Position numbers and translations under genes: made by a program
Assembly (NCBI GenBank): GCA_016180645.1
Contig: JACPAV010000027.1
Span: 1-57,046, forward strand
Direction: 5' to 3'
From: Nitrospirota bacterium
Lineage (GTDB): Bacteria; JACPQY01
DNA: 57,046 nucleotides
Shown here: piece by piece, positions 45,700 through 54,950 of the stretch
Layout of the letters: the number at the start of each line of letters is the position of its first letter
How positions within the stretch are numbered: the stretch's first letter is position 1
The notes under the pieces: model-generated
Database searches by the model: none
Seen by the model: the letters and a program-made list of their open reading frames with translations, nothing else
What the model was told of the DNA's origin: nothing

Positions 45700-46988
45700 T
45701 GAAAGTGAAACGTCTCGAACTCTATCGCGTCACGATTCCGCTCCCGAAACCCTTCTACCCATCGTGGATTCCCGGGTATCCCCAGACGGAAAACCGCTTC
45801 ACGCTCCTGCGGGTCTTGACCGACGACGGCATCGAGGGCTTCAGCGCGGGCGTGGAAATGGAGGAGGAACGCCAGGGACTCGGCACGCTCCTGGGCCCCT
45901 ATCTCATCGATATGGACCCCCTGGACATCGAGTCCATCCAGCAACGGCTCCGCGAAGCCTCCTACCTCGGCTGGCGCAATAGTTGGATCGAGGCCGCCTT
46001 CTGGGACATCAAAGGCAAAGCCGCCGGCAAGCCGGTGTACGAATTGCTCGGCGGGAAGGGCGGGCGCATTCCCGTCTACTGCTCAACGGGCGAGATCCAC
46101 GATCCCGCCCGGCGCGCGGAGGAGGCGAAGGTCATCAAAAAAGCGGGATACCGGGGCATTAAGCTCCGCGTCCACTCCTTCGATCCGAAGGATGACGTGG
46201 CCGTCCTCGAATCGGTGAGGAAGGCCGTGGGAGACGACATGGACATCATGGTCGATGCGAATCAAGGCTGGCGCGTCACCGTCATCGAGGATGCTCCGCT
46301 GTGGAATCTGGAACGCGCGATCCACTTCGCCCGCGAGTGCGAACGTCTCCGCATCCGCTGGATCGAGGAACCGTTGGATATGTACGGCTACGACGATCTC
46401 GCGACGCTGTGCAAGGAAAGTTCCGTGGCCATCGCCGGCGGCGAGCTCAACGCCGGTTGGCACGAATTCAAGATCATGCTGGAAAAAGGCTCGTACGACA
46501 TTTACCAACCGGACGCCACATTCGCGGGTGGAATCGCCACCTGCAAGAGGCTCATGGATGCCGCTCTCGCCGAGGGACTCAACTACACGCCCCACACTTG
46601 GACCAACGGCATCGGCTTCATGATCAACCTCCAGATCGCTGCTACTCATCCGAATCCGCTGCCCCTCGAATATCCTTACGAGCCACCGGGCTGGATCCCC
46701 GAGGTCCGCGATGCCCTCTTCAAAGAACCGCTCCGGCCGGACAGCGAGGGCAATCTGCTCATCCCGAACAGGCCGGGCCTCGGCTTCGATATCGACCCCT
46801 GGAGGCTGGCACGCTATGGCCGGAAGTTTTTCACCGTCACTCCGCTCAGGCTGGGCCTGCACGTCCTTCGCCGCAAGGGCATCCGAACCACGCTGGAACT
46901 GGGCCGGAGAAAGATGGGGAAGAAGAAGGGGTCAGCGGTCATTCCGCCTCAGGCGGATCAGCCATCAGCAAAGAAACCAGTTTCATGA
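45699..46988 (+). CDS. Mandelate racemase/muconate lactonising (enolase superfamily) enzyme
   Basis: WDIKGK..GKPVYELLGG, KLR, DANQG, EEP, GGE, QPD, PHTW. Confidence 0.9.
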   Translation: MKVKRLELYRVTIPLPKPFYPSWIPGYPQTENRFTLLRVLTDDGIEGFSAGVEMEEERQGLGTLLGPYLIDMDPLDIESIQQRLREASYLGWRNSWIEAAFWDIKGKAAGKPVYELLGGKGGRIPVYCSTGEIHDPARRAEEAKVIKKAGYRGIKLRVHSFDPKDDVAVLESVRKAVGDDMDIMVDANQGWRVTVIEDAPLWNLERAIHFARECERLRIRWIEEPLDMYGYDDLATLCKESSVAIAGGELNAGWHEFKIMLEKGSYDIYQPDATFAGGIATCKRLMDAALAEGLNYTPHTWTNGIGFMINLQIAATHPNPLPLEYPYEPPGWIPEVRDALFKEPLRPDSEGNLLIPNRPGLGFDIDPWRLARYGRKFFTVTPLRLGLHVLRRKGIRTTLELGRRKMGKKKGSAVIPPQADQPSAKKPVS

Positions 46989-48433
46989 GGCACGTCCAGG
47001 CCCTCGCGGTCTTCCTCGCGTTCCTGAACATGATCCCGAGGGTCTGCCCGGCCAACACGTTCGACATCCTGGGGTTCAGCCCGCGGTCCATCGCCATGGG
47101 AGGCGCCTACACGGCCGTGGGCGGAGATGAGGGCAGTCTGTACCACAATCCCGCCGGGCTCGGGCAACTCCATTCCAGCTCCTTCCTCCTCTCGCCGCTC
47201 TGGGATTTTCCGCGATTCTCGGCCCGCCCTGCCTCCCGTCAGGGCGGCGCGCTCCCAGCTCTCACCTTGGATTTCCCGACCGCCGAAAGAAACAGCCGGC
47301 TCATCTCGGCCGCTTCAGGTCCGGATACGGTGTCTGGCACAACGATCGGCCTCGCCCTCAAGGCCGGCCATCATTTCGGTTTCGGCCTCGCGATGTACCT
47401 CCCCGGACGCCCCAACGGCCGCCATTTCCTCGACTTCAATGTCATCAAGTATCGCTTCTTTGACTCCTACACTCCCTACGACCTCCAACAGAACCGAATG
47501 GACCGCCTGATTATCCTGCCCGCCGCAGGTTTGCGAATCCTGGACGGGCTCTCGGTCGGCGCCGGCACTTCGGTCTTGGGCAATGCCACTTCCGAATTCG
47601 TCACCACCATTCCGCTCAGTCCGGATAAGGACGTCCGCATCGTGAGCGATCTGGACATTCCGCCCATCGCCTCCCCCTTCGCGGGAATCTTGTATAGTCC
47701 CATCGAACGGCTCTCCCTGGGCTTGACCTACCGCGATGAGATCAAGCTTCGAGTCAAGGCCGCCGCGAAAACGGAGGTCAGCATCGGAATCGGCTCCCTT
47801 CAATTTCCCGTCTGGATCCCGCTCCAAATCGACGCCGTCACGCACTACACGCCGAGGCAAGTCGTCTTGGGCACGGCCGCACATCTTCTCCCGGAGGTGC
47901 TCGTAACAGGCGAACTGACCTGGGCGCAATGGTCCAAATACGTTCCTCCCTTCCCGAAAATTACGGGGATCGATGAGGAAGCGTTTCAGAAAATCCCCGA
48001 GATGCTCCGGCCGCAACTGCCCTTTGTCCCACCCGTTGAACCGGCTCATTTCAAGAATACGCTCGTCCCCCGGCTCGGCACAGAATGGTCGCCGTCGAAA
48101 GATCTGTCGTTCCGCGCGGGATCGGCGTATGAACCGTCACCCGTCCCCGATCAGAAGGCCACAAGCAACATTCTCGACAGCGACCGCCTGCACCTGACGG
48201 GAGGTGCCGCGTACCACATCGAACCGAATCGCGTGCTTCGTTACCCTATGCGCCTGGACGCGTTTATCCTGTATACTCGTCTTCAACCTCGAACCTTTGA
48301 GAAGAACCTTGATAACCTTCGAGATGAAGACGCTGAAAAAGAAGGGATTCAAACCACCAATCCCGGTTATCCGGGGATCACCTACTCCGGAAACGCCCTT
48401 GCCCTCGGCATTTCGGCAGCGTTCGAATTCTAG
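46985..48433 (+). CDS. FadL/OmpP1 outer-membrane hydrophobic compound channel
   Basis: Signal peptide; SIAMGGAYTA...HNPAGL; C-terminal FEF. Confidence 0.85.
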   Translation: MRHVQALAVFLAFLNMIPRVCPANTFDILGFSPRSIAMGGAYTAVGGDEGSLYHNPAGLGQLHSSSFLLSPLWDFPRFSARPASRQGGALPALTLDFPTAERNSRLISAASGPDTVSGTTIGLALKAGHHFGFGLAMYLPGRPNGRHFLDFNVIKYRFFDSYTPYDLQQNRMDRLIILPAAGLRILDGLSVGAGTSVLGNATSEFVTTIPLSPDKDVRIVSDLDIPPIASPFAGILYSPIERLSLGLTYRDEIKLRVKAAAKTEVSIGIGSLQFPVWIPLQIDAVTHYTPRQVVLGTAAHLLPEVLVTGELTWAQWSKYVPPFPKITGIDEEAFQKIPEMLRPQLPFVPPVEPAHFKNTLVPRLGTEWSPSKDLSFRAGSAYEPSPVPDQKATSNILDSDRLHLTGGAAYHIEPNRVLRYPMRLDAFILYTRLQPRTFEKNLDNLRDEDAEKEGIQTTNPGYPGITYSGNALALGISAAFEF

Positions 48434-49457
48434 ACGCCACACCGTTCTGGGGCTGTTCATCACCCTGATTCTTTGCACGGTCCTGGGCTTCGCGCCGATC
48501 CCCGCCTCCGCCGACCCCATCAAGCTGCGCGGCTCCATTCTCACCCCGGAGGGATCGAGGTGGACTGAGGAAGTGAAGAGCGCCATTCACAAGATCAAGT
48601 CGGCCACCGGAGGCCGCGTGGACGAGACCCTCTACACGGCCGGGGTGCAGGGCGAGGAATCCGAAGTGGTAGAAAAGCTCAAGAAGGGTGATCTCGATAT
48701 CGCCGCGCTGAGCGATCTGGGTCTCGCCTACATCGTGCCGGACATGCAGATCCTGAACCTTCCGTTCTTCATCAAGAATGAGAAAGAGTCGGCCTTCCTG
48801 GAGGGCAAGCTGCACGATCGGTTTGTGCGGGAATTCCGGGAACGTGGTTTCGAACTTCTCTTCTGGAGCCCGGTGGGGCCCGGGTACCTCCACTTCGACC
48901 GACCCATCCGAAACGTCGAGGACATGAAGGGCGTCAGAACGTGGCAATGGAAAGACGATCCCGTGGGCAAGGTGATGATCAAGGAACTTCCCGGACTGAT
49001 CGCGGTACCGCTTCCCCTCGCAGAGGTGCGGTCGGCACTGGAGGAGGACAGGGTGGACGCCGTATATAATGTGCCCCTGGCAACGGTTGCCTTCCAGTGG
49101 CATCCGTTCCTCAAGTACGTCCTTGACGTGCCTGCCGTCGTCGCGGGAGGGGGGACGGTTATCGCCCACCACGCGTGGAACAAGATCAGCCCGGGCGATC
49201 GGGCGATCATGGCGGAGATCAGCCGGAATCAAATTGTCTCCTTCCGGGCGGGCATCGCCGCCGACAGCACCGCCGCCATCCGCGGGTTGAAGAAGTACGG
49301 TGTAATCTTCGAACCGCCGAGTCCGGAGGCCCTGGCGATCCTGGAAAACGCCTCTGACCGAATCCGAAAGCAGCTCGCGGGCACGCTGTTTTCCAAAGAA
49401 ATCCTTGCCGAAGCCGAGCGTCTCCTCGCCGAGTACCGAAAAGGACTGAAACAATAA
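48399..49457 (+). CDS. dctP: TRAP substrate-binding protein DctP (TatP-like); start uncertain
   Basis: Signal-like segment; LTPEGSRW, G.QGEE, LNLPF, DMKG..W.W..DP, FQW. Confidence 0.8.
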   Translation: MPSAFRQRSNSRRHTVLGLFITLILCTVLGFAPIPASADPIKLRGSILTPEGSRWTEEVKSAIHKIKSATGGRVDETLYTAGVQGEESEVVEKLKKGDLDIAALSDLGLAYIVPDMQILNLPFFIKNEKESAFLEGKLHDRFVREFRERGFELLFWSPVGPGYLHFDRPIRNVEDMKGVRTWQWKDDPVGKVMIKELPGLIAVPLPLAEVRSALEEDRVDAVYNVPLATVAFQWHPFLKYVLDVPAVVAGGGTVIAHHAWNKISPGDRAIMAEISRNQIVSFRAGIAADSTAAIRGLKKYGVIFEPPSPEALAILENASDRIRKQLAGTLFSKEILAEAERLLAEYRKGLKQ

Positions 49458-49474
49458 GCGCCTTTCGCTTCCGG

Positions 49475-52225
49475 ATGCGGCCCCGGATTACCCTCGCCAT
49501 TTCACTGATCTTTGCCTGCGCCCCCCGTGCCTCGGCGCAAGAAGAGGAAAACCTGACCCGAAAGTGGACTCTCTACGTCGTTCCCTACAGCCACCTAGAC
49601 GTCGGCTTCACCCAATCCCAAGCCAAAGTTCTGGCCAAGCAGAAAAACAACCTGCGAATCGCCCTGGATTTGATCGACCAGACGAATGACTGGCCGGAAG
49701 GTTCCAAGTTCAAGTACCTCATCGAAACGTCGTGGCCCGCGATCGAATTCATGAAGGACCCCGCCGTCGCGCAGTCGGACAAAGACCGGCTCGTCAATGC
49801 CCTCCTCGCCGGTCGAATGGAAATGGGCGCTTTCTACATCAACCACCAGAACCGATTTCTCGACGGGGAAGCGCTCCTCCGATCCGTCAGTCTCACCAAA
49901 GACGCTTTTAAGGAACCCTTCGGAGTCCCCATCGACACGGCGATCATCGATGACGTCTGCGACGGAAGCGGGGTGTTGAACATCCTTACCCAGCACCGAG
50001 TGAAATACTTCATGCTGGGTTGCAACGTGTCGCATTGGGCGCTTCCGCCGCTGTTTTACATGGAGGCGCCAGGCGTCTTCCGCGACAAGCTGTTGGTCTA
50101 CCTGCCGCCGTTCATCGGCGGATACAACGGCGCATTCGACCTCTCGCTGGTGACACCCCTTCCCTTCGATCCCAACGCGGCCATCCCCAAATACGAGCCG
50201 AAAATCTACGAATTCCTCGAAGCGATGGAGCAGCGCGGCGTTGCCCCGCTGGCTGAACGGGCCTTCGACTATCGTGGACAGACCATCGACTATCCCTACG
50301 ATGCCTTGCTCGTTCCCTATCCCTCGCCGCACGGCCCCGACAACGGCGAGCAAGATCTCACGATCAGCGAGATCGCACGGGACTGGAACGCACGGCATGG
50401 CAATCCAAGGATCGTCGTCTCCACCCCGCGCGAATTCTTCGAGCACATCGAGAACGGTTTCCGAAAAGAGATCCCCGTGCTGGAGGGCGAACTCGGCGGT
50501 TGGTGGGGCGAACAGATCTTCTGGGACTTGCTCCAGACCGACCCGAGGAAGGAATCGATGAGCCGGGATGTTTTCCGAATGGCCGATTCCATCGGCCCTC
50601 TTCTCGCAATGGTCGATCCCTCGACATCAGACACGGCTCGCGAAACACTCCGCGAAGCCTATTCCAAAATCTTGCTCAACACGGATCATAATCCCGCACC
50701 GGTCCCGTTCGGAAATACGCCTTACACGGAGGACGACGTGCGGATTTGGAAAGAGACGCGTCGGAATGGGATGGAGGAGGCATGGCAATCGGTTCGCGAT
50801 CTCTCAGCGAAACTCTCATCGACACCACCATCCGCCGACACCGCCGCAATCTCCCTCCCGTCCGCACAGGGGGGTGATAAGGACACCTGCGAAATCTCCC
50901 TTGGCGATGGCGATGCGACGGTCGCCGATGGGGAACTCCTCGTCCATTTCTCCGTCCACCCATTCGGTGTTACACGCATTGAGCATCGCGCCACCGGCGA
51001 AACGCTGCTGGAGAGCGCCGAGGGAACGCCCTTGTTTCAGTACGGCACGCTGACGCGCCCCGAGGCAGGCCCAATGGCCGGCGGACCCTTGAACGGGATC
51101 GGGGGACCTCCCACGTATCACCGGTCCACATCCAATGAATCCCTCGAAGCGCTGAAGGCTCCGCCCGAATGCGGCTTACGCTCGACCTTGGCGGCCGAAG
51201 GTGGATTCGCCCTTCAGCGAACTATTCGGGTCGTTCCATCTGTCACGCGAATCGAACTCACCGCGGAATTCACCGCTCCCTCGCCTCAGTCTGCAGAGCA
51301 TGTCTTTTCCTTCCGTCTCCCCATCGGCTCCCCTTCTGATCTGACCGTGGATGGGCCCTACCGCGTGTACCACTACGGCGCCTCGGATCCCCTTGGCTGG
51401 TATCCGGTTCCCCTGCGCGGTGATCTCTTCGCTACTCTGGATTTCATCCATCCGGCGCCGACCATCAATGCAACGAACGATATCTTCCAATGGATCAGGG
51501 GAATCCCCCGCAGCCTCGTCGCCCGGAGTTTCGTGGAAGTAGTTGCGGGAAGCAATCGCATCACGTACTCACCATTTGATTCAGGCGTCATCATCCCCTA
51601 CCCCTATCGCGTTGACCCTGTCGGGCCGGAGTCGGTATCCGGTTTCGATCATGTCTGTCTCGGCTCGACCACCTGGGGCAATCTGGGACTTGGGGCCGAC
51701 CTCGGCGGACTCCATCTTTGCAGGGCGACTCTGCAAATCAACACCGCTGCGCTTCCTAACGGCCCCGCCCTATTCGTTACAGATCCAGAGTCGCCGCCAC
51801 TGTCTCTCGATGCACGACACACAATTGTACGCCTGATCCCGGAAACCGATTCGGATCGTCCGGTGGTACGGCTCTTCCAAGCCGGCCCTTTGGAACAAGT
51901 GAGCGTGAAAATGGCCTCCAGATTCGCGGCGCGTTCGGCAGCTCGCGCGACACCCAGCGGTGTACCGCGGTGCCGGCTCCCGTTCAATGTGGCCGGCGGC
52001 GAATTGCGACTGGACCTCGCAGAGAACGAATTGGCGACCCTCGTTTTCACGCAAGAGGATTTCGCCGGTCTGCCCGCTTGCCCGGGCCGCACGGAAGGAT
52101 CCTGCGAATGCGAAACGGTGGGCGCTCCGGTGACCTCCGCCTGGGGAATCCTCGTGTCCTGCCTTCCGCTCGCGGCCTTCTGGTTCGCGAGGCGAAGACG
52201 CTACTGGGGCAGGGCGGGGGACTGA
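49475..52225 (+). CDS. Secreted GH38-like glycoside hydrolase with MYXO-CTERM-like tail
   Basis: Signal peptide; SHLDVGF, E.L.RS, IDDV, GPDN, WN..PRI.VST..EFF; ends GSCEC...TM helix-RRRR. Confidence 0.72.
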   Translation: MRPRITLAISLIFACAPRASAQEEENLTRKWTLYVVPYSHLDVGFTQSQAKVLAKQKNNLRIALDLIDQTNDWPEGSKFKYLIETSWPAIEFMKDPAVAQSDKDRLVNALLAGRMEMGAFYINHQNRFLDGEALLRSVSLTKDAFKEPFGVPIDTAIIDDVCDGSGVLNILTQHRVKYFMLGCNVSHWALPPLFYMEAPGVFRDKLLVYLPPFIGGYNGAFDLSLVTPLPFDPNAAIPKYEPKIYEFLEAMEQRGVAPLAERAFDYRGQTIDYPYDALLVPYPSPHGPDNGEQDLTISEIARDWNARHGNPRIVVSTPREFFEHIENGFRKEIPVLEGELGGWWGEQIFWDLLQTDPRKESMSRDVFRMADSIGPLLAMVDPSTSDTARETLREAYSKILLNTDHNPAPVPFGNTPYTEDDVRIWKETRRNGMEEAWQSVRDLSAKLSSTPPSADTAAISLPSAQGGDKDTCEISLGDGDATVADGELLVHFSVHPFGVTRIEHRATGETLLESAEGTPLFQYGTLTRPEAGPMAGGPLNGIGGPPTYHRSTSNESLEALKAPPECGLRSTLAAEGGFALQRTIRVVPSVTRIELTAEFTAPSPQSAEHVFSFRLPIGSPSDLTVDGPYRVYHYGASDPLGWYPVPLRGDLFATLDFIHPAPTINATNDIFQWIRGIPRSLVARSFVEVVAGSNRITYSPFDSGVIIPYPYRVDPVGPESVSGFDHVCLGSTTWGNLGLGADLGGLHLCRATLQINTAALPNGPALFVTDPESPPLSLDARHTIVRLIPETDSDRPVVRLFQAGPLEQVSVKMASRFAARSAARATPSGVPRCRLPFNVAGGELRLDLAENELATLVFTQEDFAGLPACPGRTEGSCECETVGAPVTSAWGILVSCLPLAAFWFARRRRYWGRAGD

Positions 52226-53082
52226 GAAGACCCGTGCAGCTTGAATCGCGAAACCAGCCGATCCCATTCGTCGGCGGGCATTTCCCCTTGGAGTTCGCCT
52301 AGCCGCTTGGCGCGATCTTCGGGGGCAAGAGCCGATTCCGCCTCGATGGATTCGAGTCCCTTCCACACGGCTTCTTCCCGGACCTCCCGAGTCTTCTGCT
52401 CCAGCTCCACTTTCTTCAATCGGTCCGCCGCTTCCTTTCCAAAAAGGCCTTCCCGAAGCGAATCGAGTGTCTTCTCCCTCTCCGTCGGCGTCAGTTCAAG
52501 ATTCTGCGCCATTTCTCTCGCCGTCTTCTCGTAGTATTGAAACCAGTCCGTGGGGAAGGCATCCTCCGAATTATCCCCGAAGATCTCCTTCTTCAGCCGC
52601 TCCTCCCGCACCTTCTTGTCTTCAGCCGATAGATTCGTATCTTTGAGTATCTCCCCCCGACGGACGACGAACTCGGCCATGCGCTCGTCTTCTCCAAACA
52701 GCGATTTGGCCAACGCCTCGCCAAATACCTCGCGACGGAGTTTCTTGAGTGCCTGTAGCCGCTGCGCCAAAGGGAGCGCGGCAAACGCCTTCGCCCGATC
52801 GCGGTACTCGGCGTAGAGATGGAGCAGGTCCTGCATGGGGTGCGACGGATGGGTTGTGGATCCGGCTCGCAGTTCCTTCGCCACCGCGCCGATGGGGTCC
52901 TGGACTCCCGATTCCTGCGCGGCCCAGATCTTTCCCCTCAGTTCCAGAAGTTCTTTCCGTGTCGGCGGATCTTCGTTGTGGTGGGTTTTGGAAGGGATGT
53001 ACCAGAAGACGAACGCCAGCAGAAGCCCCGTCAAGACGCTCCAGCCAACCACCTCGACCCTGAAATTCCGCGCCGAAGCCAC
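52201..53082 (-). CDS. Lipase-chaperone (foldase)-like membrane-anchored protein
   Basis: N-terminal TM; LRREVFGEALAKSLFGED and LFGKEAADRL repeats. Confidence 0.65.
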   Translation of the reverse strand: MASARNFRVEVVGWSVLTGLLLAFVFWYIPSKTHHNEDPPTRKELLELRGKIWAAQESGVQDPIGAVAKELRAGSTTHPSHPMQDLLHLYAEYRDRAKAFAALPLAQRLQALKKLRREVFGEALAKSLFGEDERMAEFVVRRGEILKDTNLSAEDKKVREERLKKEIFGDNSEDAFPTDWFQYYEKTAREMAQNLELTPTEREKTLDSLREGLFGKEAADRLKKVELEQKTREVREEAVWKGLESIEAESALAPEDRAKRLGELQGEMPADEWDRLVSRFKLHGSSQSPALPQ

Positions 53083-53126
53083 GGACGAATCTTAGCAGAA
53101 CCCAGGAAGGTGTAAACGCGCCGGTG

Positions 53127-53285
53127 TTATCGGCTGAGAATGTGGGTCATTGCGGCGCCGAAACCCATCAAGACGAGTGACGACAGGATAATCTTGAATG
53201 TTTCGACGAGCAGGCCGTTCCTGGCCCCCTCCGCTCCGCTCCGGGGACGATGATCGGAGGGTCGATTGGATCTTTGCATCGCCAT
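53127..53285 (-). CDS. Small membrane protein, 52 aa (absent from ORF track)
   Basis: AAGGAGG RBS; MAMQRSNRPSDHRPRSGAEGARNGLLVETFKIILSSLVLMGFGAAMTHILSR. Confidence 0.65.
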   Translation of the reverse strand: MAMQRSNRPSDHRPRSGAEGARNGLLVETFKIILSSLVLMGFGAAMTHILSR

Positions 53286-53312
53286 AAGTTGTCCTCCTTG
53301 ACGCATTGCGGC

Positions 53313-53341
53313 ATGATACTACATGCCAAACACTTTGTCAA
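53313..53341 (-). promoter_or_regulatory. Sigma70 promoter for the small ORF
   Basis: TTGACA-17 nt-TATCAT. Confidence 0.7.
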
Positions 53342-54345
53342 GGTGCGGCTTTGACCGCCCGGAACTTCTCCAGCTCGGCGAGGACGAGATCCAGCAGCTC
53401 TTTGGGATACAACTTACCGGCGAATAGCTCCCAGACCGGCTTCTGCAGTTCCCTAAACTTCTCCCGCTCCTCCTGGCTCGGCTCGGTCACTTTCATTCCG
53501 CGCTTCACCAGCGCATCGAACGCGCGCTTCTCATCGGCGCGGGTTTTCCGCAGAATCTCCGGCTCCCGCTCGCGCACCCCATCCTCGATCAACTTTCGGA
53601 CCGTGTCCGGAAGACTCTTCCACGTCTCATTCTTCAGGATGAGGAAGGCCGGCTCATAGCGGGCGTTGACCTTGGTGATGTATTTGAGGTCGGAATACCA
53701 CTGGAGCGCCAGGATCGTAAGCCCGGTGCCGCCGACGGTCTGGACCAACCCGGTCTTCAGCGCGCCGAAGACCTGGGGAATTTCCAGCGGCACACCCTCC
53801 ACGCCCACCGCCTTGTAGGCTTCCACGCTCACGGGGTCGCCTTGCCACAGCCAGATTTTCGTCTTCTTGAAATCCTCCAGAGTCGAGATGGGAACTGTTG
53901 AAAAAATATTCGCCAATGCGCCCACATCGGTCCACGACAGCATCTTGAAGCCATTCTCTTCCAAGACTCTTGTGAAACGGGCTCGCGTTTTGGAGCGGAT
54001 GTGGTCCACTTCCTCGAGGCTGTCGAAAAGATACGGCAGTTTCAGGACGCTGATCTCCGGCGCGATGGTGCCCACTCCCATCGAGGCGAAGGCGCCGCCC
54101 TCCAGCGCGCCGAGCCGGATTTTGCGCACCATGTCCGCCTCATCCCCCAGGACCCCCCCCCCATAGATCACGAATCGCACCTCGCCCTTGCTCTCGGCTT
54201 CGATCCGGTCGAAACCCTCCCGAAGGTCCGACTCCCACGAGGAACCCCGCGGCGCAAGCGTTCCGATCTTGACCGTCATCTTGGCCTCCGCGGGTAGCAG
54301 GAGCGCAGCCCACAGGAAGACCACGGCAACCCAATTTCTTGTCAT
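53338..54345 (-). CDS. dctP: TRAP substrate-binding protein DctP (TatP-like)
   Basis: GGAGG RBS; signal peptide; GTLAPRGSSW, GGVLGDE, KIWLWQGDP, LQW. Confidence 0.87.
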   Translation of the reverse strand: MTRNWVAVVFLWAALLLPAEAKMTVKIGTLAPRGSSWESDLREGFDRIEAESKGEVRFVIYGGGVLGDEADMVRKIRLGALEGGAFASMGVGTIAPEISVLKLPYLFDSLEEVDHIRSKTRARFTRVLEENGFKMLSWTDVGALANIFSTVPISTLEDFKKTKIWLWQGDPVSVEAYKAVGVEGVPLEIPQVFGALKTGLVQTVGGTGLTILALQWYSDLKYITKVNARYEPAFLILKNETWKSLPDTVRKLIEDGVREREPEILRKTRADEKRAFDALVKRGMKVTEPSQEEREKFRELQKPVWELFAGKLYPKELLDLVLAELEKFRAVKAAP

Positions 54346-54358
54346 TATCTTTCCTCCA

Positions 54359-54940
54359 TCAAAATCCCAGCCGGAGGGCAGCCGAGAGGCCGAAGACGAA
54401 GGGCGACTGTTCCTCGACAAACAGCCATCCCAGGGTCGCGCCGAAATCGAAGACCGCCTGCCGTGAGGCCAGATACCTCATTCCCACGATGGCATCCCCG
54501 CTTTCCCAATTGTCTCCGTCCCGAAATACCTCGCCAAGCTGCGCACCGAGGAGGTAGGACCCTTCGAACGCATTCACCACGTACGTCGCGCGGCCCCGCA
54601 GCTCAAAGGCCACAAAATCATCGATCGACGAATCCGCGCGATACATCGTGGGAATGAGAGCCAACTCCAATTCAGGGGCCGGAAGGACACCGATGGGAAA
54701 CCCCAATCTCCACGATTGCGATCGTTCCGGCTTGGTTCCAATCCAACTGACCTCGGGCTGGACACCGATCAGGACGCGATGGATGAACTCCCGTTTCTCG
54801 CTCCCCGGTTTCTTGACCCACTCCGTTTCAGGCTCTTTTTGCTTCCCCTCTTTCGTTTCTTCGGCGTTAACCGCCCCGCACGCGATCAACGCACCGGCCA
54901 ATCCCCCGATCACGACACTACCGACCCTCCGGGATTTCAC
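54359..54940 (-). CDS. Hypothetical outer-membrane beta-barrel protein
   Basis: Signal peptide; alternating hydrophobic strands; C-terminal LRLGF. Confidence 0.6.
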   Translation of the reverse strand: MKSRRVGSVVIGGLAGALIACGAVNAEETKEGKQKEPETEWVKKPGSEKREFIHRVLIGVQPEVSWIGTKPERSQSWRLGFPIGVLPAPELELALIPTMYRADSSIDDFVAFELRGRATYVVNAFEGSYLLGAQLGEVFRDGDNWESGDAIVGMRYLASRQAVFDFGATLGWLFVEEQSPFVFGLSAALRLGF

Positions 54941-54950
54941 GTTGCGTCCC

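Noticed and set aside
43801-46984. Long upstream extensions of ORFs 43801, 45126 and 46301
   Set aside because: Shadow frames over neighbouring genes; coupled starts are at 44362, 45699 and 46985.
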